64,000 bases of DNA from Paraspadella gotoi (Eukaryota > Animalia > Chaetognatha), in assembly GCA_051294375.1 (NCBI GenBank), contig CM119263.1:12751723-12815722 (forward strand), given 5' to 3'. The number at the start of each line of letters is the position of its first letter. The first letter of the stretch is position 1. This document shows, one piece after another, positions 1 to 15,939 of the stretch. The notes beneath the pieces are model-generated. The model did not search any database. It saw nothing but the letters and a program-made list of their open reading frames with translations, and had not been told where the DNA came from. A program made the position numbers and the translations under genes.

Positions 1-1092
1 ATTTCCCTTTCATGATCCACATTTTGTTTATCTCTTTCGCTGATTGACCGAAGATTTTCTTCCGCCGATATTTTTCGAACCCATAACCCATTAAAGCTAG
101 GACATTGAATACTCATTTCGTTTTCCATTATAATTAGTTGCTTTTTTTTTTATAAATCAACGTCACTTCCGTCCTCGTGACGTCATGGTGAAACGTGTGA
201 CGCTTTCATCTTGACGATTTGTAATCTTCGTCCCCGCGGTTTTCGTCGATCCTCCTCCGACGGCGATGATCGAAATTGCAGAATTAAAAATAAATAAATC
301 GGTTAACCGACGCGATCGGTTCAAGAGCGCCTTTGGAGTGGCATCTTCTATCTAATCTAGGCTATTTCGAAATTGTAAGTATGATAAAGGTTTCATTTTT
401 TGTTAGATTTATAACATATGATGTTCTTAATAAATCGAAATTATCGGCATTCACCAATCTATAACGAATGAAATATTCAAAGAATTCTAGAAATTTATTA
501 AGTTTTGTTTTTGATTTTTCTTTATTTTTTTTTTATTTATAAAGATAGTTAGAGCTGAGGTGATGTGAATATGCTGCATCGCCATAGTTTTCGATTTTCT
601 CTGATCTAAAATTTTCTTTGACATATTGTCTATTTTTACATTCTGGAAACGTTTACTTAATTATTGTATTTCTTGTTCTGTGAACTTTCAGTAACTGGCA
701 AGACCTACCGCCAGAAAACTTGATCGAAGTTTCATTTGGCGGAGAATCGAACGAGGTTTTTGTCAGCGCGCGAAACATCCTTCGTCGGGAGAAGGGGGAA
801 TCGCATGGAGAACATAGAGAGAAGGAAGAGGAAGAGGAGAGATAATATGAGAAGCTGAGGATAGAAGGAAGAGGATAAGAAGGAAGATGAGCGGCGATGA
901 TTACCGACCGATCGAGCGCTTCAAGGAGAAGTGGGGTCGGAAAAGACGAGAACCTGGACCGGACGATTTAAAAGACGAAAGCCGCCGACCGACTTGCGCA
1001 GTCCGACAACGCAAAATATTTTATTCCGTATGAAACAGCGAGTTTTTTTTTTGACATCTGCAATCGACCCTTTCTCGGCTTAATTATTTAAC

Positions 1093-3738
1093 ATGTCGGC
1101 CTTCAGCATTGACAGCATCCTAACTTCTCGACTTTCCCGTCCCTCTGATCGGACGACGACTCATTTCAGCTCTCGCGCCCCTAGATCCATCAGAGGCTCC
1201 GGCGTCGGCGATGTCGAAGACGGCTTTGGGGTGCTGGATCTGCACGTACGAGCTCGAGTGGCGGCGCCCTCTACGACAACACCACTGGACGAGCCACTTC
1301 CGCCGCCGAAAATTCCTCCCGTTCCCCCGAATCCCGCCCATCGCGCCTTTCCACCGCGCGACGCCTTTCCACTTTTCGACGCCGCTCCAAGTCTAAACTA
1401 CGCCTTCGGCGCGACGCCGCCGACGCCGATACGCACGCGATGGACAATGCCCTCGCCGCTAGATGGCGTCTCTCTCCCTGTTTACAAACCGGTGCAATTT
1501 TCGGGCCAAGATTCCGAGTTACCCGTCGACTTCAGTCGCACTTCGGCGGTCTCCACCGACGCTTCAAGCAGCGCAGCGGCCCACTCTAGACTTTGTCATC
1601 GTCCAATCTCGCCCGCTACCCTTCTCCCTTCTCGTCTCCAAAGCCCCTCTCTCCTCCCTTCCTCCCTCTCTTCTCCTTCGGCTTCTTCTTCTTCTTCTTC
1701 CCATGCGCGCTCGCCAGTCTCCTTCGAGGATGACAACAGAGGCGGCGTCGGCGACCGCCTGCGCAGAGAAGAGGAAGAGGACGAGATCATCTCCGTGACT
1801 GATGGAGATTATTTGACGGAAGGTGGCGCCGTGAAGAAATGCGAGAAAGGTAAACGCGTCGCATGTGTTGGATTCGGTTGCTGAAAGATCGATTGCAATA
1901 TTATGTACGTAACATATGCTTTAATCAACAAATGAGAAATATTTAAAAGTTTACAGACTGAAAAGTTAAGAGGAATAATTTGTACATGAATGATTATACA
2001 TGTAAATGTGTAATTATGGTTAATCCTTTGATTTTTCAATATGAGTAGGAAAAACAAACACGAGTTTTAAAGATTTTATTTGTGCAAACGAGACAAAACC
2101 TTTTTCTCAAACCAATTTTAAAAAAAAATTCAATCATATGCCCTATATCGTCAATTTTAAATTGTTTTGTTATTGACTTCCAGTTGACGTGACAACTCTG
2201 TCGAATAACGCCAATGAAGTTAGACCGGCAGGGGATAAAAATGCTTCGAGGAAAAAAAGATCTCGCGCCGCCTTCTCTCACGCCCAGGTAAATTTCGCGT
2301 GACAATCGATCACAAAATAAATTTTTAGCTAAAATAAATCGTTGTAAAAAATAAAAACCATTTTGCCGNNNNNNNNNNAAAATTAGTAAAAACAACTGAA
2401 ATCATCGGATGATGATGATGATGATGCTTTTTTAAGGTTTTTCTCAATTTAAACCCACTTATCATCAAAATATTGAAAAAAAAATTATACTTTGTGTAGA
2501 TAACTTTTTATACGCTATTTGAATCTGCTTTTAAAAATAAAAAATTCAAAAAAAAATTTTTGACATTCCCTATCTATAAATAAATATTAAAAAATTAATT
2601 ACTAATGCTTCTTGCCATTTTAGAAAATTTTGCTCCATTGAAAGTTTTCTCAGAAATGTATGAAGTTTCATTTGGAAATGTTCCCAAATCAAACTTCTGA
2701 CCCACCCCATTGACGAAGTTTGGCTCTAACTAAAAAACAAAAAAAATCAGAAAATTAGTAAATTTTCTCTAATTCAACAACAGGTTTTCGAGCTCGAGCG
2801 TCGGTTTAACCATCAGCGCTATCTGTCAGGACCGGAGAGAGCGGATTTGGCGCAGGCGCTTAAACTTACTGAGACGCAGGTGAGTTACTGCAACGAACAA
2901 ATTGATGGTTTTAGATAAATTAATAAGATTAATTAGGTAAATTAATAAATTAATTTTGAGTAAGTTTTTTTAATTTGTTGACTTCGTGGTTGTCATTGGT
3001 TAATACTCTCGGTATTTTTTTTTCAACCTCGGCCGTCTTTCGCAGGTCAAGATCTGGTTTCAGAACCGACGTTACAAAACGAAGCGGAAGCAGCTGCAGC
3101 AAGAGTTTTCCCCGTCGGCGCACGCGCGCCGCGTCGCTGTCAAGGTACTGGTCAAGGACGACAGGCGTCTCTACGATCCCTTGGAACTACCCCGCCCGCC
3201 TTTCAGTGCTTTTCCTTCTGTTCACGTGCCAGGTGTGTGAGAGGGAGATTTATATATATATATATAATACCACGATATTAAAATTAATAGCGAGATAAAA
3301 AATAAAAGAAAATTTCTAATACTCCTCACCACTTCAGGTCTTCCTTACCCATATCTAAATCCATACGCATCGTTGGGCCTTCCTTTCTATTCTGCGCCGT
3401 TAACTCACTTCGGCGGCGGAGCAGGAACCGTCTTCCCTCCTATTCCACCACCTCCTTACGGCGGGCCTTACCCGGTTTCCGGTCGGTCGTCGGTTTTGTC
3501 GGCAACCCTACCGCCTCCTCCGCCTCAGCAGAGAGAAGCCAATTTTCGGCACGGTCATTATCCGCCGGCGACGTCTCCCGGCGCCGTCGTAGGTTCCTCT
3601 CCTCCTCCGGCATCGTCGCCCGTCGAGTCGTCGCCCTCGTCGTCGCCGCATCGAGCGGCGTCTCCGAGCGGCGACGCTAAAATCGTTCGATCGACGCCGA
3701 CGAGATCTGGATTCGGCGCTGAGTCTTTGCAGGGTTAA
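1093..3738 (+). CDS. Nkx3-2: NK3/bagpipe-class homeobox transcription factor, 5 exons (1093-1849, 2184-2287, 2784-2879, 3046-3232, 3338-3738)
   Basis: N-terminal eh1/TN motif [10 protein letters not shown]. In-phase GT-AG splicing gives the homeodomain [13 protein letters not shown]|[32 protein letters not shown]|[16 protein letters not shown] (Tyr54; NK3-diagnostic residues), followed by the NK2-specific domain [13 protein letters not shown] and a Pro-rich tail. AATAAA near 3937. Confidence 0.95.
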
Positions 3739-4672
3739 AGCGGAAGAGAGAGGAGGAGATGGTTATGAGAAGGAAATCCACTAATCGATTTAATTATCTA
3801 GATTATAAATTACATTTCCCCGCCCCTCAGTTTTGTTTTTTTGTCCAGCTTCCATTGTGCTCGTTTTAATGATATCCGTAACCCCCGGTTTTTTTCTGCC
3901 CCACAGTCGCTTTATCGTTGATTTTTGTCTCGCACGAATAAAACAAAAAAATGTAAAAGATTTTTCGCGGCTTTATGTTTACCATTGGATAAAAGCTTAC
4001 ATTGGTTGATTCGTAGATAAATTAGAAATACATATTAAGCATCGCAAAGGTAAAAATAAACATAGTTTTCTCTTTTAGACGGATATTTAGTGTTCACCCG
4101 TAGACGTCTACTCTGGATGCTGGCCACAGTCTTTTTATGCGTGTGAAGATAAGTTAGTCGAATCGATAAAAATTGAGACGCTTACTTATTAAAGCTAATC
4201 CTTTTGAAGGTATATTAAAATATATTTTTATTTCGGAGAGATAATACAAAGAATTTATTTCATACCAAATAACGACTTAAAACAACAGAAAGCGCATTGT
4301 GAAACTAAATCATAACTTGGATAAAATTCGTGATTACAATTTTTGAAATATAAGCAAAATTTCAACTGATAATGTAGTGAAAGAGTTCAAAGCTTCATCG
4401 CTTTTTTTCTCTTAAAACTCTCAAACTAAGTAGAAAACAAAAAAAAACTAGTATGCACAGATTACAATAAAGATTAGAAAGGTTGCTTCATCAATCATCG
4501 TCATGCATGTGATTTTTTAATCATATAATAATAGGTTAATAAATTTATCACAAATCAACGTTGAAAAAAAAAATGACTATTAAAAATTCTAATCAATTGA
4601 TACAATCGATCAAAAAATGTCGGAGTACATGATCGTCTTTATAAAAAGGCTGTCTTCGTGGTCGTCGACTTC

Positions 4673-7600
4673 TCATTTTCCGTAAAACTTTTTGTTGAGA
4701 AGGAAAATTAGCAGATTAACATTAACTTTGGCTTTGTTGAAAATTTTCATGACCGTCACGTTCTCATACTGCAGTTGAAGAAGATCCTATTCCAGAACGA
4801 AAATAATGTATTGTAATATTTAGTTTTGGTAATAATGTATTGTAATATTTAGTTTCGGTTAACAAATCATTCTTGCCAATTAGGTTAGTAAAAAAATAAA
4901 AATAAATAAAAAACAAATAATGAATATAAATTTAAAAATAAAAGAACCGGTGGCAGTGGCAATACATGTAAATCGCTTCCAAGGGCTGAAACTGAACTCT
5001 TACTGCTGCACAAATAATCTTTTGCTACTTGCCGGAAAAATATTGAACAATTTCATGAATGTACATAGTAATTCGCTAAAATAAAAAAAAATCATCAGTT
5101 TCATCTAATTTGAAAATTAATATTATACCTGAAAAATGAGGTCAACGGTTTCCATAGAAACGCCCATGTACTTGGCTGTTACTTCAAAGACGCCGGCAAC
5201 GTCGGTGGCTTTTATCTCGAAAAGAACATCTTTGATTTGGGTTTCATCGATTCCTGAAAGATAATTAAAAAAAAAAAAAAAATCAAGAGAGAAAACAAAG
5301 TATATTTTTGTTTGTTTTTTATTTGAAATGGACATGTTTTGGCTCTTTTTTCGAGTTATCTTCAGCGCAATATTAAATAAAAAGCAAACAAAAAATGAAA
5401 AATTAATGGAATAAAAACTCGCGAATATCTTATTCATTGTTAATGAGAGACGGAAAGTGAAAAAGAGTGGAATATAAACATCGAAAAACAACATGAAGCT
5501 AAATATATAGCTAAACATAGCTAAATTATAGGCACGAGATCAATTGATGTCTCACCGTCGATCTCCAAAAGGATCCCTTTGTCTCTCAACTCTCTGGCGG
5601 GAAATTTGAAGGCGCCCTTGACACTTTTAAGCGTGGCGCCCGATCCAGGATGGACTGGCGCGGCTCCTCGCCGTGATCCACTGAGGGCGCCATTTTTCGC
5701 CCGTAACGAAGCAGCCAATCCACCGCGGAAAAAGCCTGAACTAATTCCTGACTTTTTCCCCCTCGAATTAAGGTTATCCAGGCAGGACTGAAGGTAACGA
5801 TCGTAATATGTAGCCTGCTCGTGGAGAAACTCGTACTTTTCCTTTAAACCTTAAAATCAGAAGAAAAAAAACAGTACAGTACATCCTCAGTTACAAGTTT
5901 TAATTAAAAAAATGTTTACCTGCTAGCGTTTGTCTGATTCGTGCCAATTCCATGTGACGCCTCGCTCTGTAGTAACGTTGGTTACGAATGTCTTGCGCTA
6001 TGTGGCGTATGATGCTCATGTAACCGTCTTCCTTTGTCACCATACCCGCCTTTTCTAATTGACGAAGGTTCAGAGCCACCTGAAATAATAAGTCAAAGAT
6101 TTTTAAACTCCTTCACAACAAATTGAGTATAACTATAACTATACGTATAAGACAAAAATATAGGTTTTTTAATGAGTCATTTTTTATAATTCTATTGAAA
6201 ATCAAATACCCATTAGAGGCTAATAATATACTCGCGGCTACAAACATACCTTATGTTTCATCCTGTCCAAATGCATTCTTCTCTCTTTCATAAGCTGTGT
6301 GTTAGGACTCAATAGTTTCTCATGAGCGGGCGAAGTGACTCGCAAGGCACGATCTTTACGCGCGAGATTTCGCTCGTGCTCCTGCTGTTCACGTCTTGTG
6401 CTTGGGGTGGTCAGAATGTTATGCAATGTTTCTCCCTGCTGACATCGAATAATATCGATTACCATGTGCTTTGTCCTTATGTAAAGGCTACTAGAGGAGG
6501 TGTAATCATCTTGATCATTAATTACATCATACTTCGAGTTTAAGGTGAGCAACACCTCGATTTTGGCCATGTGAGTGCGAGCTGATGCTTCGTCTCCTGC
6601 CGCAGAATTAGCTGTTGTGCTCTGATCACCCAGCAATTCCTTTGCTGATGGGACCTCACCTAGGTCCTCTAACAAGTCGTGGAGTGGATCCGTCTGAGAT
6701 GAGCAAATGGCATCCTCAAATTCAAGCAGCAGCTGGTGAGTGTCAACGATCTCGCGAAGGCTGATAAAGATAGTTGGCTTTGTCAAAGAACATGCATCAG
6801 AAAACTTATCCATATTAAAGTATACTTCAGGTTCCTCTACTTCACAAGCACGCCCAAAGAAACGTTTTATTTTTTCATGGCTTTCCATGATGTAGGAGTT
6901 CAGGCAAGCAAGATGGGAGCTTTCGCCACCAAAGCCCTTGTTACTTGCAATAAACTGAAGAATCTTTGCTATGGAGCCAAGGTTACGTCGCTGATCATTG
7001 GTCAAATTTTTAGATGACACATCAATGATATCAAATGCATCAGGGGCAACAATAGCCGAATTGATGTATCGGTAGTAAAGAAGATTTCCCACAACTTTCA
7101 AAATTTCCTTTGATGGTGCATGGGGAAATTTTTTTCTCATCTCAGCCTTTAACACTTTGGCTGTGTAGCGAATGACATAAGGAAGCTTGTCATGGCTATC
7201 AAGGATGACCTGAAGGAATCTTTCTGTAACAATTTTAAGGCTGTGGATGGAGTTAGTGATTTTTTCCCGAACAGCAGGGTGTTTCAATGCCTCTTCAACA
7301 GTCACATTGTATGCTAAACCAGATGGTTTTCCAGATTGACTCTCAATACTATTCACCCACTGCTTATAGACTTCCACGGGATTAGTGTTAATCTTAAGCT
7401 GATTGTCTGCCAGTGTGGACTTTATCAGGGATCCCAATATCTCGCGAAGAGCATTCTGCATCCCACCTGAATTTCCAAATCCATTACCTGCTCCAAGATG
7501 TTTCATTAAAGAGCTAGTTGAAGGTTTTTTTGATGGAGACTTTGGTGACTTTATAGGGCTACTGATTGGATTGGATACTGGTTGCGACGCAGTGATACCT

Positions 7601-10600
7601 GCTGAAGCTGAAGATGATGATCTTGAAAAGGAGATTATCATTCTTATCACTAGGGGATTTCCACTCATTATATCAGTCATTTTCTCAACCTTGGGCAGTC
7701 GATCAATTTCCTCTGCCAAAGCAGTTTTAAATAGTTTTAACATCAGAAATTCTTCTCTTGGATTTGAACCATAATTGTATAAGGTCAAGATAACTGACTC
7801 CATGAATTTTGTAGATCTGTTTTGCGGCATCTCAAAGATTAGTTTGGCTAAGTATATGGGGCATGTTTGAAGGACATAAAATAGATGTTGATATGCCTCC
7901 AAACGTTTCCTAGATTCCTTCGTGAGTTGCTTGAGGCCATGACTTAAATTGCTTTGTGAAGTAACTTTTCTGTCCGATTGATGTTGCTTCAGGTTTTTGT
8001 TGTGAGTAATTACATCTTGCAAGGTGATTCTATTTCTGACTAGTAAACCAATTTTTACATCCATTGTGTTTAGATCTTCCTCAAGGGTCTGGTTTGATTT
8101 GATACTCTTAACCACTTCATGCCTCAATGAAGTAAGTTCTATCTCTTCACTAAAGTCCTGTTCACTGTTGTCCAGTAAATGAACAAATCGTGATACGACA
8201 TTAACTGCCAGATTTTTATTCTCCATCAGAGCACGATAGTTTTTCTTAGCCTTGTTGGCCCTGTACCAAGTTTGAATTTTAACAATGCTTCTAATTTGCT
8301 CATTGTAGTATTCTTTATGTTCTAGAAAGGCTTTCCGAATTAAACACATTCTCCACCATGCTTGTATTCTGATAATGCTGCTGACATTAGCTTGAAAAGT
8401 GTTACGCCGAGACTGATAAACTGATTTTAGTACTATCATCCGCCACCATGACTGGATTTTGATGACAGAAGGTACTTGAGAATTTACAAAGGCTTGCCTT
8501 TCAGCTAAAGATTTTCGGGTTAAATAACCTCTTATACATGCTTGGATTTTGATAATTAATGGCTCATTAGCTTTGAGCAGCTTAGCATAATCAAAGGCCA
8601 AGTTAAATGAGGTAATAACTTCTTGTATCTCTACATTGTTAAACATCAGAGACTGCTTACACTTAAAGCCCCGAGGTTTAATCCAAGAAGACTCCAAGTT
8701 GCTGACATTAAAATAATGTACTGTGCCATCTTTAAGAACATTGGCCACCCAAAATGAAGTATAGCCAGCGAGGCATTTTTCTTTTTTAGCTTCAAAAAGG
8801 TTCACAGCGTAGCTTTCAAAACATTCTTGAAACAAACCATTCAAACCCATAACAGGTTCTTGCAGCGCCAACCGCGTAGACTTGTAATCGTATTTGTCAA
8901 TTGCAGTGTTGAGCTTATGGACAGCCAGCGAGAGCAGATGCGCTTCTGAAGCATTTTGATTGGCTCTTGCAACAGCTGCCAAAATGTCTTCTTTCCACAA
9001 TGATTCCCCATCAACTAATTTTTGCTGCTTCATGCCATTTAAAATTTCTAAGTAGAGTGGCCCTGCCCTGTCATTAACCTCTGCCCCAAAACTAGCCAGC
9101 CCACCTTTCATCTTGAAGACAGCGAGAAGAGCATTGTAATCATAGTCTTCTACTGCTTGGTTGACAGCAGAGACAAATCGTAAGCAGTCTTGTTCTTCAT
9201 CACAAGCCATATTTACTTGATCAACACAGTCCTGTACATCAGCATGCGAAAGCAAAGGACAGTGAGGTGTGACATTCTGCTTGGTAAACTTCACTTTCCT
9301 CATAAACTGCATATACCTTGACATCAAACCATCATCATCCTCTACATTAGACACATGGGCAAATGTGTGCAGAAGAGCATTACGTAAAGCCACCTCATCG
9401 TTTATGTCCAATGCCTCATTGATTCCAGCAATAGCATTTAAAACATTAAGGCCACCGACAAGCTCTTCATAAGAAAGATCAGCCTCTTTTTCTGCCATCA
9501 TGTTACCAAATTCATCCAAGTAGAGACTTGCTGCATAAGCTTTAGGTTCAGGGAGCATTGCCTCAGGAACTAGCAAAGTCTTCAAAAGTTGATCCTCATC
9601 CTGAGTACGAATGGCATGGTTGATTTCTTTGATAGCTTGCTCCATGGATTGTGTTTCCTGAGCCTGAGAGTTACACTTTTTCACAAGGTCTTGAAGAAAA
9701 CCTCGAGTGATTGCGGTGTTAGCAGGTAAACTAGCAAGACTGTTTTGATAAAAATCAATGTTTTTGGAAATCAATTCACGAAGGGCCAGTGTAACGTCAG
9801 AAAGAGCTTTGAGGAGTAACGACTTTTGTCCGCTTTTTATGGCACTTTGAACATAAGAAAGTGCATTTTGAAGGTTGACCTGGATAAATGAAGACAGTGC
9901 ATCAGCTATTTAAATTGGGAATGAACACAATTAAAATATATGTAATGTACTATCCTGAGCAAAAAAAGCGCAATTTTTTAACCTTCAATCCCAGACGCTC
10001 AATAAAAATATTTTGAAAAATTATACAGGAAAAAATAAAGTTTATAAAAAGGTGTGTGTAAATTGTGTTTGAATTGTATCACAATTGTTTAAAAGTAATG
10101 ATTTTTAAAACTTAAGTATTTAATAATTAAATAGGAAAATCATTGATTTGTAGTTTGCAATTAGTTGTTAAAACTCATGATCACTTTTTCTCACCTTTAA
10201 TATAAATCCTTGAATTTCTGCTTGCGTTAGCATCTCATCATAGGCATCGACAGTTTTATTTAACTGCAAAGATCTGTTTTGTACGGCCTCTATTTTGGTT
10301 GACTTTTCTTTGTATAGCACATCGTGATAGTGAGAGCCGAGGAACTCCTCCACATCCTTTAAATGTGCTGCAGGATTCTGGAGCGCCTCCAGCGTCTCAG
10401 AAGGATCATCTGTATGATAAAATAGTTTATTTTAATTTTTTAAACCACCAAAGCCTGTCCAAAGTCAGGGGCAAGATATTATGAAATGAATGGATAATTT
10501 TTATATTGGTTCAAAATCTTTAGGCTCATGCCAGTCTCTCTTTAAAATTTCTTTGACTGACAACTATTTAGACGTAAAAGTAACCCGCCCTGATAATTAA

Positions 10601-12402
10601 CGATAGTTGAATGTCAAGAAAATGTACCAAGATCCAGAGCTTCGTTGATGGCGATGACCGCTGCGTGAAGGGCGGCATCGTCAATTGGCATTTCTGATGC
10701 AAGGATTCCACCGATTTTAGAAAAGGCGGGCATCTCCAATCCATACTTAGCCAACTCCTTCTGAACTGATGTGATCTCTGCTTCGGTGAAGTTCACCTTT
10801 CCATACAAATTTTGGATCTAGACGATAGTGAATTCAAGGGAACGCAGGAATTAGGATCAGAGTAAAAATAAAAAAGTGATTATTAATTGTACAGACAAAA
10901 ATTCGGGTTTTTTTAGGCAAAATTTAATGATATTTATGTTTTTTTTTAAAAATTGAATAATTTGTTTTAAAAAAAAAAATTTCATGATATTGTTTTCAAA
11001 TACCTGCGGGGCGATTCCTTGTTTGAAAAGAAACAAACTTAGAGCGTGGAGGCAGTAAATCACTTTGGGCATATTCTTTTTGTCATAAATATCTAAAAAA
11101 AAATAAAACGTATAATAATAATGATCTCGTTAGCAATAATTATCACAAAAGTGAATTATTTAATTAACATTATCAAGATTTTTAATTTAGGATTTTTCAA
11201 CCATAATTATCAATCTAAGATTGTTAATCTAACATTGTCATTTAATGAGAGTAATTGGTCGCACTCACCCGTCGTTTCCGGGATAAAAAGCGAGGGAAAG
11301 TTGATGTCCTTGAGCGACGCCAGCCAGTAGTTAATGTTGTCGGTGTGACGGAAGTTAAGACCACGGGAGGCAAACCTTTCCTGAGTCTTGTCGTAAATTT
11401 TGTTCAAAGACACCGTAGAGGGACTGAAAAAAAAAAACCACGATTTTCCTTTTATTCAAATTATAAACTCGGCAAATCTTTAGTATACTAAATAAAAAAA
11501 ATGAATCGGCAAAAGGAACATTTTCTATCTTTCCGAAGCGTGGGAAATTTGAACGATCTTAGAAACTTAAAATGATCTTAGCTTAGTGATGATTCTTACG
11601 TTATGAAGATTACATGAAATTGGTACAACATCGGTACAACATTTTTACAACGACCTTACCTGAAAAAGTGAGCCAACTTGGCGAGCACGACTCCGTTTCG
11701 GAGACTCTCCTCCAATTCGCTCGTGGGAGGCAGATCCTCATCGATGCAGGCCTCGGCCCACTTCTTCGCTTCTTCCAAGTGACAGAGGTATTCATAGGCG
11801 ATCGATCGCTGAAGATAAATCAATCACATCGATTAGACCGTTACATCGTTCCGTTGTTTTGACGGAAAAAATGCTATCAATGAGAACTCAACCAATCAAT
11901 CAATCAATCGAGAGAAAATATAATAATCGCTTTTATCAATATCCTTTTTTACCTTCCTTCTCTCGTCCATGTCGTCGGCCGAGACCCGCTCGTGGTCGTC
12001 GACATTTCCGTAAAATTCGGAAGTCGACTCTCGCCGCGACGAAACCGTCTCCTTCGTGATGAGACCATCCGCTGATAACAGAAAATCAATTAATTAATTA
12101 ATTAATTAATCAATTAAAATCAATTAAAGTTCTTCGTGAACCACTTGGAAAACTTCTCACTCGCTCCTTCTCTCCTCCCTCTCCCATTTTGGATGTTGTT
12201 GTTATCCGGAGGTCTAAAAATATTTTCACTCACCGCTATGATTTAATAACAATAACAAATGATTACATATTTAGGAAAAAAAAAAAACCAAAAAAAAAAA
12301 CCAAGAAACCAAAACGAAAAAAGATAATAGTTTTCATACTGTACATCTCTTACTCGGTAATTTATCGTCGCTGAAAACGTTGGTAATATCGCCCAGCGGC
12401 AT
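4673..12402 (-). CDS. IQGAP: IQGAP scaffold protein, 13 coding exons (12402-12354, 12235-12161, 12071-11953, 11808-11660, 11423-11269, 11092-11004, 10817-10628, 10409-10195, 9879-6250, 6079-5920, 5849-5556, 5253-5129, 4786-4673)
   Basis: CH domain (IAYEYLCHLEEAKKW...LRNGVVLAKL; DIYDKKNMPKVIYCLHALS), IQGAP repeats, WW-like segment, four IQ motifs, RasGAP-related domain with YYRYINSAIVAPD, C-terminal NVNLLIFLLNKKFYGK*. Exon phases are consistent with GT-AG. The first two exons are less certain. Confidence 0.95.
4802..4859. repeat. 29-bp tandem duplication in the last IQGAP intron
   Basis: AATAATGTATTGTAATATTTAGTTT(T/C)GGT twice. Confidence 0.9.
5285..5372 (-). mobile_element. Dispersed repeat with degenerate minimal hammerhead motif (copy 1, in IQGAP intron)
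   Basis: Aligns with 26956-27050. Minus strand reads CTGAAGA-T-AACTC-GAAAAAA-GAGCC-AAAA-CATG-TC. Confidence 0.5.
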
Positions 12403-12569
12403 TTTTGTAACCTTTCTAAAAAAAATTTTAAAATTCTTAGTTTTAATGTCGGAAAACCAGAATTGCCATAAATACAATAGCATTTTACCTGTTTAAATCA
12501 GAAATTTATAATGTAAAAACCATAGTAGACCGCATTAATCTTGTTTCGTTGAGTTTTTTCCTTTAAAAC

Positions 12570-12690
12570 GATATATTCAAATTTGAATTAACCACCCTTT
12601 TCAAGCCAACCAATAAGGTTGACAGCCAGATGTTTGTTTTCCTTTGATTGGCCAGCTTCGTCTTCTTCTCTGAAATGATTGGTCGGTTAT
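12570..12690. promoter_or_regulatory. Putative shared IQGAP/hnRNP promoter with three CCAAT boxes and a CHR-like palindrome
   Basis: CCAAT at 12610-12614, ATTGG at 12647-12651 and 12678-12682, TTCAAATTTGAA at 12576-12587. Lies between the divergent start codons at 12402 (-) and 13259 (+). Confidence 0.55.
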
Positions 12691-13016
12691 TGATGAATGA
12701 AATCGCTGTCGATTCTCTACGTCATACGGATGTTAACATCCCTATTTTTTTTCATTCATGTCCATTGAAGTCGTTGTACCATAGCATCATCATCATGGCG
12801 GAGTTTTATACTTTGAGATTTGCCCGATTTTTGATGTTACGATTAATTTAATCATTAAAGCTCATTTAATGATAAATAAATAAGATCGTTTAACCTCAAT
12901 CGTTAACGCTGACTCGTAAAAAAATAGACAATATAGTAACTTCATTTGGTTGTTGTTGTTAAACAGTTAATACGTATTTTTGTTCTGAGTCTATTTTTTT
13001 TTCTTTCTTTCTTTTT

Positions 13017-13048
<32 letters not shown>

Positions 13049-13258
13049 TTTCTCTCTCTCTCACCCTCGTTTTGTTTGAAAAAAAAAAATGCGATGAATT
13101 TTTCTCTTTTCTTTTTTTTTTTTCATCGTGATCGTGTGAAATTTCATCTCTTTCAGAAAAAAAATCAGATAAGTTTGAATGAGAGAAAATTCAAGCACGA
13201 CTATTTGACTCTTGAGTATTTTCGCCCAGTTGAAAAGAGTTTTTTCTTTACATCGAAT

Positions 13259-15939
<2,681 letters not shown>

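Noticed and set aside
12161-12187. ATG at 12187 as the IQGAP start
   Set aside because: It is out of phase with the next exon at the GTGAG donor; the ATG at 12402 gives a fully in-phase model.
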